Both the position numbers and the translations under genes were made by a program. Below are positions 1 to 8,653 of a DNA stretch of 58,144 nucleotides, in pieces; position 1 is the first letter of the stretch, and the number at the start of each line of letters is the position of its first letter. The stretch spans positions 1 to 58,144 of the forward strand of contig CAYZVY010000002.1 of the NCBI GenBank assembly GCA_964481675.1, in the 5' to 3' direction. The notes under the pieces are model-generated. The model was given only the letters and a program-made list of their open reading frames with translations, was not told the origin of the DNA and did no database searches. The stretch comes from an uncultured Verrucomicrobiota bacterium (lineage in GTDB: Bacteria; Verrucomicrobiota; Kiritimatiellia; CAIKKV01).

Positions 1-2443
1 AACCGACATTCGTGCCCTGGTTCACGCCGGGCGAGCCGGCCGCGAGGCGGTAGTCGCTCGCCGCCGCGTTCATGAAAACGGGGGGCCCGGCAATGTTGCC
101 GGCGCCGTTTGTCCCGATATCGGGTGTTGCGCAGTTGTATTCGATCGTGCCGCTTTCACGGTACCAATTACTGCTGCTGCCCGTCACGATGTTCGTGTGC
201 CCCCACATGATCGTGTTGCGGACCACCGCCTTGTTGAGCAGTCGCACGCCGGCCCCCGTGGCGTCCACGCTGTTGCTGGCGATATTCCCGACGATCGTGC
301 AGTTTTCCATCGTGGCACCGTCCAGATACGCGCCGCCGTCGGGGCCGAACGAGAGGTTATAGGCCACCAGGCAATTCCGGATCCGGGAGTTGCTGTCGGC
401 CCGGATCCCCCCGATATAACTTTTCGTCGTATAACTGGTGTGGTTCTGAAGATTCGACACGATCACGCAGTTCTCCAACCGGCCCAGCGCCGAAAAACCG
501 GCGGACTGGTTGGCCATCCGGACACTTCCCGAATAGCGGGACGAGTTGGTGGCAATATAGCAATCCGTCACAAGGCCGCCGCCATCCAGGGTCACCGGGG
601 CCTCCGTCTCCTGGCGGTTCCCCACGATCCGGCAATTGCGAACCGTTCCCACCTGGACGATCCGAACGCCGCCCGAGCCCGTCCGCTTGTTGACGGTGAA
701 GCCGTCGACCACCGCGTTGGAATGGCTCAACTGGCAAACCCAGCTGCCGCCATTCTGGGTCAGGGCTGACTTGAGGGGCCCGTTTTCGCTTCGCAGGGTC
801 ACGCCGTCGACGAGCATGAGAGTCGCCACCGCCTGGTAGACGCCGTCCGTCACCCGCACCGTCGACCCGTTGATCCCCGCGTCGATCGCCTTCTGCACGT
901 TGGTCGAAGCGGTGGCCCAGTTCGTGTAGGGAAAGAGGGCGGACCCGTTGGTCGCGACAAACAGTTCAAAGGGCCCAACCTTGACGTAATTCGTCTTTAC
1001 TATGAAGGCGCCCTCGCCGGCGGCATTGGTGGCGGCCAGGATGACGGAATAGACGCCTGAAGCATACTGATTGGTCACAACCGCGGCGGATCCGGCCAGA
1101 TCCTGTGTGCCGTCACCGTTGAAATCCCAGTAATACGTCAGGCCGGACGTGTTGGTCCCCGCGGCAACCGCGGTGAACTCGATATCGGCCGGGGCGAACG
1201 CGCGTACGGTGGATGCGATCGCGTTGATGGTCAGGGCGCCGGGCGCCTGCGCCTCGAGGGCGCCCATGTCGACCCGGGCATCCGGTAACCGGGTCTGCCC
1301 GGCGAAATCCCTGTCTCCCGTCATCCAGTCCTGGTTGGTTCCGGCGTTCAGGCAGGGAGAACCGGGAAGGAGGCGGTAATCGCCCGCCGGGCCATTCACC
1401 AATTGAGGATCGAGCCCGATGTTACCTTCCCCCGCGGGGGCCGGAAACGCGCAGCAGTACTGATAAGTGCCGGAGCCCGGGGAATAATCCTTACAAAGAG
1501 GAGGCGCTTCATTGAAGATCATGATCGTGTTGCGAATGACAGCATTGTTGATGGCATACACGCCGCCCGCATACTGTGGCGAAGAGTTGCCGGCCACCGT
1601 ACAGTTTTCCAGCAGCCCCTGGTTCGCATAAACGCCGCCCACGGCCCGGGGACTAGTGTTTTTCATGATCAAGGTGTTCCGGACAACCGCTCCCGTGGTC
1701 CACATCACGATTCCGGCCCCGAAATAGCCCCGGTTGTCGGAGAAATTACCCACAACCCGGCAGCGGTCCACAAGGCCGGAGATCATGTAGATCCCGTACC
1801 CGTAATTATACGCAAGATTGGAGACGATCGTGCTGTCCACGACCTGCCCCCCGGTCATGTAGATGCCGCCGCCCATGGAAACCAGATTCTGCCCCGTCCC
1901 CACGTAAACGCCGTTACTCCATACCACGCAATTGGACACCACGCCGCCCGCCATGTAGATCCCGCCCCCCAGGGCGTTGGCCCCATGGGGCGCGGTGTTG
2001 CCCATGATCCGGCAATTGCGGACGACTCCGCCGGTGCTCATGTAGATCCCGCAGCCGTAATTGGCGGGCGCCGTGCCGGTCACGTACCCGTTCGACACCG
2101 TGAAACCGTCGAGCACGGCCCCGGTGTGGGCAATCCGGAAAATCCGATGGGTGCCGCTGCCGGTTCTAGCCACCACGGTTTGCAGGGCGCCGCCGCTGCC
2201 GGTCAGGGTGACCCCGTTGGTCAACGCCAGTTCGGCGGTAATCAGGTAGGTGCCGTTCGAAACCAGCACCGTCTCGCCGCTGGCCGCCACGCTCAGGGCC
2301 TTGCCGATCGTGGCCCAGGCGGTCCCCCAACTCTGGCCATCCCACGCATCGTCGCCGCCGTTCCGCACATACGACGTTCCCCCGCGGGCGAAGGAAGCCA
2401 CTCCCAGCAGAGCCGCCAACACAACCACTGTGCACTTTTTCAT
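1..2443 (-). CDS. Secreted protein with two right-handed parallel beta-helix modules separated by a PKD-like domain (N-terminal part in window; C-terminus runs off the left edge)
   Basis: Absent from the ORF track because it is open at the window edge. My reverse-strand translation from ATG 2443-2441 (GGAGGAGAAAATG) gives MKKCTVVVLAALLGVASFARGGTSYVRNGGDDAWDGQSWGTAW..., a signal peptide. It is followed by repeated beta-helix turns (GGGIYM, VRNC/VSNC/VRNT), then YYWDFNGDGT (PKD-like), then a second beta-helix module. Confidence 0.7.
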   Translation of the reverse strand, partial: MKKCTVVVLAALLGVASFARGGTSYVRNGGDDAWDGQSWGTAWATIGKALSVAASGETVLVSNGTYLITAELALTNGVTLTGSGGALQTVVARTGSGTHRIFRIAHTGAVLDGFTVSNGYVTGTAPANYGCGIYMSTGGVVRNCRIMGNTAPHGANALGGGIYMAGGVVSNCVVWSNGVYVGTGQNLVSMGGGIYMTGGQVVDSTIVSNLAYNYGYGIYMISGLVDRCRVVGNFSDNRGYFGAGIVMWTTGAVVRNTLIMKNTSPRAVGGVYANQGLLENCTVAGNSSPQYAGGVYAINNAVIRNTIMIFNEAPPLCKDYSPGSGTYQYCCAFPAPAGEGNIGLDPQLVNGPAGDYRLLPGSPCLNAGTNQDWMTGDRDFAGQTRLPDARVDMGALEAQAPGALTINAIASTVRAFAPADIEFTAVAAGTNTSGLTYYWDFNGDGTQDLAGSAAVVTNQYASGVYSVILAATNAAGEGAFIVKTNYVKVGPFELFVATNGSALFPYTNWATASTNVQKAIDAGINGSTVRVTDGVYQAVATLMLVDGVTLRSENGPLKSALTQNGGSWVCQLSHSNAVVDGFTVNKRTGSGGVRIVQVGTVRNCRIVGNRQETEAPVTLDGGGLVTDCYIATNSSRYSGSVRMANQSAGFSALGRLENCVIVSNLQNHTSYTTKSYIGGIRADSNSRIRNCLVAYNLSFGPDGGAYLDGATMENCTIVGNIASNSVDATGAGVRLLNKAVVRNTIMWGHTNIVTGSSSNWYRESGTIEYNCATPDIGTNGAGNIAGPPVFMNAAASDYRLAAGSPGVNQGTNVG

Positions 2444-2452
2444 TTTCTCCTC

Positions 2453-3577
2453 CTAAAAAACGGTTTGCTCCGCCAGGCGCGGCTGGCGGGGCGAAGGTTC
2501 GACGATCTTCCCCCGGATCAGCAGGCCCGGATTCGGGATTGCCTCTCCGTTCAAACGGTGAAACAGAAGCCCTGTCAGGGCACTTGCGCAATCGGCGAGA
2601 TCCGTCTCGTAGCGGACAACGGGAAACCCGTAATGAAGCCGGATTCCCTTGTTGGACCAGGTCACCACCCGGGTTTGTTCCAGCCGTTCCGGGCCGCACG
2701 ATACGAGGGCATGGGCCAGCCCGCGCATGCTGACATCGTCCGAAATCAGGATCGCCTCCGGCCACCGCCGGGCACGATTCCAGTCGCGCACCAGGCGCAG
2801 GCAGAATTCGGCGTCGCGCCGCTCGTCGTAGTGCGGGCCGCGCAGCGGCAGCTGGACCACCTCCAGGGCGCCACCGGGCCGGCCGGCCAGCACCTGGCGG
2901 ATGGCCTCGAGATCGGAAACGGTCGAGCCTGTCAACGTCCGCAGGTAGGCGATTTTGCGGCAGCCAGCCCCCAGCAGGACCTCCGCCGCGCTGCGGCCAA
3001 AATGCCCGTAATCCATATCCACTTCACAGCCCTGCCCGAACCGGACGTGGGGCGCCAGGCCGGACTCCCGCCGGATCCGCTCCCACCGGGTATCGGCCAG
3101 GCCAATCCCAATATACCCGCGGAAACCGTCATGGTCGCGGTCGGCCAGGAAATGGCGGAAGGCGGGAATGGCCTCGGAAGGAACCGGGGCGGAGTCGTTC
3201 AGCCCGTCGTAGGCGTAGCACTGCCAGCCGGGGTGCGGCGTTTCGCGGCGCAGGGCCGCCAGCAGGGCGCGATAAAAGTAGGCGGTTTCATCGGTCAGCG
3301 AAGGGCCAAAAAGAACGGCGGTTCGAAATCGGTCCTGCCCCGGCCGGACAAAGGTGCCCAGCTTGGGAATGCGGGACACGACGCCCATGTCCTTGAGCCG
3401 GCGGAGCGCCTTCTGGATGGTGATGGGATGGGCGGACAGGGCGAGGCCGAGCTCGGCGGCGGAGGGAAGGCGGTCGCCTGGCTTCAGGATTCCCGACGCC
3501 AGGCGCCGCTGGAGCTCCCGCTCCAGCCGGACATGCACGGCAGCCGGCCGTTCGCCCCGGTTCCACGTCGCAGTCAT
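2453..3577 (-). CDS. GntR-family HTH regulator fused to a LacI/PBP1-type sugar-binding domain
   Basis: ORF 2453..3589. N-terminal LPSAAELGLALSAHPITIQKALRRLKDMGVVSRIPKLGTFV is a GntR winged HTH; the remaining ~300 aa look periplasmic-binding-protein-like. I prefer ATG 3577 (GGGGAGGCGTATG) over ATG 3589. It ends 9 nt before the beta-helix gene start. Confidence 0.8.
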   Translation of the reverse strand: MTATWNRGERPAAVHVRLERELQRRLASGILKPGDRLPSAAELGLALSAHPITIQKALRRLKDMGVVSRIPKLGTFVRPGQDRFRTAVLFGPSLTDETAYFYRALLAALRRETPHPGWQCYAYDGLNDSAPVPSEAIPAFRHFLADRDHDGFRGYIGIGLADTRWERIRRESGLAPHVRFGQGCEVDMDYGHFGRSAAEVLLGAGCRKIAYLRTLTGSTVSDLEAIRQVLAGRPGGALEVVQLPLRGPHYDERRDAEFCLRLVRDWNRARRWPEAILISDDVSMRGLAHALVSCGPERLEQTRVVTWSNKGIRLHYGFPVVRYETDLADCASALTGLLFHRLNGEAIPNPGLLIRGKIVEPSPRQPRLAEQTVF

Positions 3578-3647
3578 ACGCCTCCCCATTTCAGGAGGCT
3601 AATAATAGCTAACATTTAATGAAGGACAAGCAAGAAAAGAGTCGCTC

Positions 3648-5957
3648 CTAGTGTCTCTTCCGGATCGTCACCCGCCAGTGTCCGTCTTTCAAGTCCGTGG
3701 TTTCCACCACCTCCTGGCCTTCGGCGCGGAAACTGCCCGGCACGTTGTTGACCGGCTCCCCGGCATCCAGCACCAGGGTCAGCGTCTCGCCGACCGCCAG
3801 CGTCTCCAGCCTCAGCTTCGCCTTCACGAAATTCAGGGGACAGGCCACTCCCTTCAAGTCCAGCTCCGCCCCCGCGGCCTTCGGCGCCGCGACAGCCGGG
3901 GCGCCCTTTCCGGCGGCCCGCTCCGGCGGATGGAACTCCAGGTTGGCGTCGAGCGTCGAGTACAGCAGCTCCACCCGTTCGCGCAGCCGGGACACCTCCG
4001 CCTCCTGCCCGTCCAGCGCGGCCTGCCAGCCCTGGGCGAACCCGCGGGCCCGCGCCAGCAGGGGCCGGAACGACTCATCCGCCAGCCCCTTGTCGATGAA
4101 CAGGCGCTCGAACTCGCGCAGCACGGCGTCCGGTTCGCGCGCGTCCACCCCGCGCGTGATCAGCAGCGCGCGCGCCGCGGGCAACAGGCTGCCGAACCGC
4201 CCGTCCCCCTCCCGCGCCGCATCCAGGTCCTGCCGGATCACCTCGAACACCCCGGCACCGCACTCCCCGGCGCCGCGCCCGGCCAGCGAAAACTCCCCGT
4301 CCGCGCCCAGGTCCCGGTAATAATCCGGCCGCTCCCCGGGCGGGGGAACCGCGTCATGCCGCGCCGCAAGCGCTTCGAAGGGCGCCGGTCCCACCCGGTC
4401 ATAGTAGTCCAGGAAGGCTTCGCCGGGCCGCCGGTTCCGCTCGAACTCAGCCGCCAGCTCCGCCAGCGCCCCGGGCAGGGCCCGCGCCGGGATGCGGCCG
4501 GCCGCCGTCCCCAATTTCGCACCACTTGCGCCGCAACGGCCCCCAAGCGTGAGCCCATACGAGGGCACCAGCCGCTCGCCCGACCGCCGGGCGACGCCGA
4601 ACAGCCCGATCGCGCCCACCGGCTGCTGGCCGCAGGCGTTGGCGCAGCCGTTCACGTGCACCTCCAGCGCCTCCACCGTTTCGCGGGACACCCCGCCGGC
4701 CTTCCACGCCGCCGCGCACGCCCGCGCCGCGTCCCGGGCCAGGCAGATGCCCAGGCGGCAGGTCGATGCCCCCGCGCAGGCCACGAACCGCTCCAGCGGA
4801 TCCGGCGTCAGGACATCCGTCTTCAATCCCCGCAGGGCCGCCGCCAGGTCGGCGACGCGTTCCTCGCGCACATGCCGGACCAGCAGGTTCTGCGCCCGCG
4901 TCGCGCGCATGCCCTTCTCCTCCGAAAAGCGCTCCGCCAGTTCGCCAATTTGCGCCACGTCGTCCGCCGGCAGGAATCCCAGGGGCAGATGCAGCGGCAC
5001 CGCCACCCGCCCCGCCTGCCGCTGGCGCACGACCCGCAGGCCGCTCCGGCTCTCCATCGCGGGCGCCCGCTCCGCGCCGGCCGCCCCGGTCAACTCCACC
5101 TCCCCCGTCCACAACGGAACCCCCTCGCGTTCGAGGTCGGCCAGCATCCCCTCCACCTCGCGCTTGACCGTCTCCAGCCCCAGCCGCTCGAACACATACC
5201 GCAGCCGGGCGCGGTGCTTATTCTGGCGGTCGCCATGCCGGTCGAACAGCCGGCGCACGGCCTCCGCGTACCGGATCACGAGCCCGGCCGGAATCCACGC
5301 CGCCAGCTCGTCGGCCACCCGCGACTGCGCGCCCAGACCGCCGCCGGCCAGCACCCGGAAGCCGGGCTTCCCGTCGCGGACCGCCGCCACGAATCCCAGG
5401 TCCGCCACCTGCGCCAGCGCGCAATCCGCGGCGCACCCGCTGAAGGCGATCTTGTATTTCCGCGGCAAGTTGTAGCTGCCGGTCAGCGGAATCAGGTACT
5501 CGGTGACGGCCCGGGCGAACGGGGTCACGTCAAACCGCTCGGCCGGGCAGACGCCGGCGTAGGGGCAGGCGGTGACGTTCCGCACCGTGTTCCCGCCCCC
5601 GCCCTTGCTCGTCAGGCCCGCCTCCATCAGCCGCCGCATGACGGCCGGCGTGTCGCCGATGGCCACCTCGTGGAACTGGACGTCCTGCCGGGTGGTCACG
5701 TGCAGCAGACCGTTCCCATATCGGGTGCTGATGGCGGCCAGCGCCCGGGCCTGGGCCCCGCCCAGCACGCCCCCGGCCGCGCGCACGCGGACCATGTAGG
5801 TGCCGTCCGTGCGCTGCTCGTAAACGCCGCGCGGCACGCGCTTCGCCTTGAGCACGCCCGCCGGGAGCTCCCCGGCCAGGAAGCGGGCCACGTCGCGTTC
5901 GTAAGCGTCGATATCCTCCGCCAGGCCGGCGGGCAGGGTGTACGAGTCCAGGGTCAT
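3648..5957 (-). CDS. sir: Assimilatory ferredoxin-type sulfite reductase (siroheme/4Fe-4S) with a C-terminal TusA/SirA-like sulfur-carrier domain
   Basis: 769 aa. Duplicated NirA/Sir half-domains. Cluster cysteines are ACAGASTCRLGIC and VNGCANACGQQ. The C-terminal 73 aa (LDLKGVACPLNFVKAKLRLETLAVGETLTLVLDAGEPVNNVPGSFRAEGQEV) match the TusA fold with the conserved Cys-Pro. ATGA overlap with the upstream JAMM gene. Confidence 0.85.
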   Translation of the reverse strand: MTLDSYTLPAGLAEDIDAYERDVARFLAGELPAGVLKAKRVPRGVYEQRTDGTYMVRVRAAGGVLGGAQARALAAISTRYGNGLLHVTTRQDVQFHEVAIGDTPAVMRRLMEAGLTSKGGGGNTVRNVTACPYAGVCPAERFDVTPFARAVTEYLIPLTGSYNLPRKYKIAFSGCAADCALAQVADLGFVAAVRDGKPGFRVLAGGGLGAQSRVADELAAWIPAGLVIRYAEAVRRLFDRHGDRQNKHRARLRYVFERLGLETVKREVEGMLADLEREGVPLWTGEVELTGAAGAERAPAMESRSGLRVVRQRQAGRVAVPLHLPLGFLPADDVAQIGELAERFSEEKGMRATRAQNLLVRHVREERVADLAAALRGLKTDVLTPDPLERFVACAGASTCRLGICLARDAARACAAAWKAGGVSRETVEALEVHVNGCANACGQQPVGAIGLFGVARRSGERLVPSYGLTLGGRCGASGAKLGTAAGRIPARALPGALAELAAEFERNRRPGEAFLDYYDRVGPAPFEALAARHDAVPPPGERPDYYRDLGADGEFSLAGRGAGECGAGVFEVIRQDLDAAREGDGRFGSLLPAARALLITRGVDAREPDAVLREFERLFIDKGLADESFRPLLARARGFAQGWQAALDGQEAEVSRLRERVELLYSTLDANLEFHPPERAAGKGAPAVAAPKAAGAELDLKGVACPLNFVKAKLRLETLAVGETLTLVLDAGEPVNNVPGSFRAEGQEVVETTDLKDGHWRVTIRKRH

Positions 5958-6358
5958 GTCAGCTCCTCGAGTTCCACCGGTTCGGCCCGGCCGTCGCGCA
6001 CCGTGAAGCCGCGCAGCGCGGGCTCACCCGGCGTGTCCAATGATGTGATGAGATAAACCGTCTCCGGCGTGAACGCCAGCCGCAGGTCCTCCTCCGACAT
6101 GCGGGCCGGACTGGCCGGATGGCTGTGCCAGATGGCCAGCAGCCGGTCGCCCGCGGCGCGCATGGCCCGGACGGCGGCGAACTGCTCCTCCGGCAGCATC
6201 CGGTAATGCGCGCCCGACGCGTCGGCGTTCGTCAGGGGATGGAAGGCCGTCACCCGGTCCTCCCGCCCCCCGCACAGGCCGCACGCCTCCAGCGGCGCCG
6301 CGGCCAGCGCCGCCCGCCGCATGGCCTCCGCCACCGCCCGGGTGAGGATCAGCTTCAT
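5954..6358 (-). CDS. JAMM/MPN+ metalloprotease (Mec+/HcyD/QbsD-like)
   Basis: 134 aa. It has the EACG glutamate and the complete JAMM motif HSHPASPARMSEED (H-x-H-x7-S-x2-D). Confidence 0.85.
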   Translation of the reverse strand: MKLILTRAVAEAMRRAALAAAPLEACGLCGGREDRVTAFHPLTNADASGAHYRMLPEEQFAAVRAMRAAGDRLLAIWHSHPASPARMSEEDLRLAFTPETVYLITSLDTPGEPALRGFTVRDGRAEPVELEELT

Positions 6359-6359
6359 G

Positions 6360-7175
6360 TCAGGCCTGTCCCTTTTTTCGAATATCGCAGACCGCCGCCG
6401 CCTCGTCCCGCAGCGCGGTGATGGACGGCGCGTCCCCGCACAGCGGGCAGCGCGGGTTCCGCTTCAGCGGCACCTTGCGGAAGGCCGTCTTCAGGGCGTT
6501 GTAGACCAGCAGGCTGTCGGTCAGCAGCTCCTGGCCCAGCAGGAACTTGAGCGCCTCCGCGGCCTGGAGCGCCCCCATGACGCCCGCCAGCACGCCCAGT
6601 ACCCCGGCCTGCGAACACGACGGCACGGCGCCCGCCGGCGGCGGCGCGTGAAATACGCAGCGGTAGCAGGCGGTCGCGCCCGGCCGGACCGTCATCGTCT
6701 GCCCGTCGAAGCGGAGGATCCCCGCGTGGGAATAGGGCTTGCCCGCGAAATGGCAGGCGTCCGCCACCAGGAACTTCGAGGGGAAGTTGTCGGTGCCGTC
6801 GATGACGAAATCGTAGTCCCGCAGCAGCGCCAGGGCGTTGGAGGCCGTCAGGCGCTCCTGGTAGGTTGCCACCCGCACGTCCGGATTGATCGCGCGCATC
6901 TTCGCGGCAGCCGACTCCACCTTGGGTCGGCCGACATCGGCCGTGGCGTGGATGATCTGCCGCTGCAGGTTCGACAGGTCCACCACGTCGCCGTCGATCA
7001 GCCCGATCGTGCCCACGCCCGCCGCCGCCAGGTACAGCGCGGCCGGGGACCCCAGCCCGCCGGCCCCGACCAGCAGGACCCGCCCCGCCAACAGCTTCTC
7101 CTGGCCCTTCCCGCCGACCTCGGGGAGGATGATGTGCCGCGAGTACCGCTCGACCTGTTCGTCCGTCAGGCTCAT
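6360..7175 (-). CDS. ThiF/MoeB/HesA-family E1-like adenylyltransferase for the sulfur-carrier protein (no rhodanese domain)
   Basis: 271 aa. RYSRHIILPEVGGKGQEKLL, the nucleotide loop VLLVGAGGLGSPAALYLAAAGVG, DLSNLQRQ, and two CxxC pairs (CYRC, CPLC). Confidence 0.85.
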   Translation of the reverse strand: MSLTDEQVERYSRHIILPEVGGKGQEKLLAGRVLLVGAGGLGSPAALYLAAAGVGTIGLIDGDVVDLSNLQRQIIHATADVGRPKVESAAAKMRAINPDVRVATYQERLTASNALALLRDYDFVIDGTDNFPSKFLVADACHFAGKPYSHAGILRFDGQTMTVRPGATACYRCVFHAPPPAGAVPSCSQAGVLGVLAGVMGALQAAEALKFLLGQELLTDSLLVYNALKTAFRKVPLKRNPRCPLCGDAPSITALRDEAAAVCDIRKKGQA

Positions 7176-7399
7176 GGCACGTCTCCCCGGACGGCCGCGC
7201 CGCCGCCCATGAAATAAAGGAACTCCACCCGGTCGCCGTCCTTCAGCGCGGTGGTCTCGAACCGGGCCCTCTCCAGGATGTCGCCGTTCAGCTCCACGGA
7301 CACCATGTCCGGCATTTTCACGCGCTGGTTCGCCAGCAGCTGCGTCACCGTCGCCACGCCCGTCACGTCCGTCTCCGCTCCATTGATGATCAGCTTCAT
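7172..7399 (-). CDS. ThiS/MoaD-family sulfur-carrier protein carrying a C-terminal extension after the Gly-Gly motif
   Basis: 75 aa. MKLIINGAETDV...DGDRVEFLYFMGGGAAVRGDVP is ThiS-like in length and pattern. GGAGAG RBS. Its stop overlaps the start of the E1-like gene (ATGA). Confidence 0.8.
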   Translation of the reverse strand: MKLIINGAETDVTGVATVTQLLANQRVKMPDMVSVELNGDILERARFETTALKDGDRVEFLYFMGGGAAVRGDVP

Positions 7400-7411
7400 G
7401 ACCGCTCTCCT

Positions 7412-8653
7412 TTAGACCTTTTCAAGACCGTGTTCCAGATCCGCGATGATATCGTCCGCATGCTCGATGCCCACCGACAGGCGGACCAGATCCTCCGTCA
7501 CCCCCACCGACAGCCGCTCTTCGGCGCTCAGTTCCCGGCAAAAGGTGGACGCCGGGTGGATGACCAGCGACTTGGCGTCGCCCAGGTTCGCCAGGTTCCG
7601 GATCCGCTCCAGCCCGTTGATGAACCGGAAACAGCGGGCCTTGCTCTCCAGCCGGAGCGTGAGGACGGCTCCGAACCGGTCCCCGAACTGGCGCGCCGCC
7701 ACGGCGCGGTCGGGATGGCCCGGCAGGCCCGGGTAGCGGACCTCGACCACCTTCGGGTGGGCGGCCAGGAAACCGGCCACCCGCCGGGCATTCTCGCCGT
7801 GCCGCTCCATCCGGACCGCCAGCGACTCGACCCCGATGGACATCAGGAACGCGTTGAAGGGCGACAGGGCGCAGCCCAGGTCCCGGACGATCTGGTTCCG
7901 GAGGAAGGCCAGGAACGCCATGCCACCCGCCTTCTTCCGCAACGCCTGGAGGTGGGGATAGCGCGGGCCCGACCAGTCGGACAATCCCGTATCGACCACC
8001 AGGCCGCCGATGGCGTTCCCGTGGCCGTTGATGAACTTGGAGGTGGAGTGAATGACCAGGTCGGCGCCCAGCGACCGGGGCCGCAGCAGCACGGGCGTGG
8101 TGACGGTGTTATCCACCGCCAGCGCGATCCCGTATTCGCGGGCCACGGCCGAAATGGCGGCCAGGTCGGGGACATCCAGCTTCGGGTTGCCGATGGTCTC
8201 CACGAAAATCAGGCGCGTGCGATCGGTGACGGCCCGCCGGTAGGCCTCCGGGTCGGCGGCCTCGACAAAGCGGGTCGCGATGCCGAAGCGCGCGAGGGTT
8301 TTGGCGAAGAGCGAATGAGTGCCGCCGAACACGCTGTTGCCGGAAATGATCTCGTCGCCCGCGCCGGCGAGGCCCAGCACCGCGGCGCTGATGGCCGCCA
8401 TGCCCGAGGCGCAGGCCAGCGCACCGCGCCCTTCTTCCAGGGCCGTCATCCGCCGCTCGAACTGGGCCACCGTGGGGTTGGCGATCCGGGAATAGACGTA
8501 GCCCGGGGCCCGGCCCGCGAAAACCGCTTCCAGCTCCTCGGCCGTCTCATAGGCGAAAGAGGCGCTCTGGACGATGCAGGGGGCCGTGGCGCCGGTGGCG
8601 GCATCCGTCTCGTAAGCGCCGTGCAGCAGCAGGGTCTCCAGGTGCAGGCTCAT
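7412..8653 (-). CDS. metY: O-acetylhomoserine sulfhydrylase (PLP-dependent Cys/Met-metabolism enzyme)
   Basis: 413 aa. YSRIANPT, the PLP-lysine motif HSTSKFINGHG, and end-to-end MetY-like organisation. ATGA overlap with the cysN stop. Confidence 0.85.
   Translation of the reverse strand: MSLHLETLLLHGAYETDAATGATAPCIVQSASFAYETAEELEAVFAGRAPGYVYSRIANPTVAQFERRMTALEEGRGALACASGMAAISAAVLGLAGAGDEIISGNSVFGGTHSLFAKTLARFGIATRFVEAADPEAYRRAVTDRTRLIFVETIGNPKLDVPDLAAISAVAREYGIALAVDNTVTTPVLLRPRSLGADLVIHSTSKFINGHGNAIGGLVVDTGLSDWSGPRYPHLQALRKKAGGMAFLAFLRNQIVRDLGCALSPFNAFLMSIGVESLAVRMERHGENARRVAGFLAAHPKVVEVRYPGLPGHPDRAVAARQFGDRFGAVLTLRLESKARCFRFINGLERIRNLANLGDAKSLVIHPASTFCRELSAEERLSVGVTEDLVRLSVGIEHADDIIADLEHGLEKV

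Noticed and set aside
1403-3619. 738-aa plus-strand ORF
   Set aside because: It is antisense to the beta-helix gene and the GntR-type regulator. It is Arg/Pro/Gly/His-rich, opens with TTG, and has no recognisable domain.
3651-6056. 801-aa plus-strand ORF
   Set aside because: It is antisense to the sulfite reductase and JAMM genes, which have clear catalytic motifs. It has low-complexity Arg/Pro/Gln composition.
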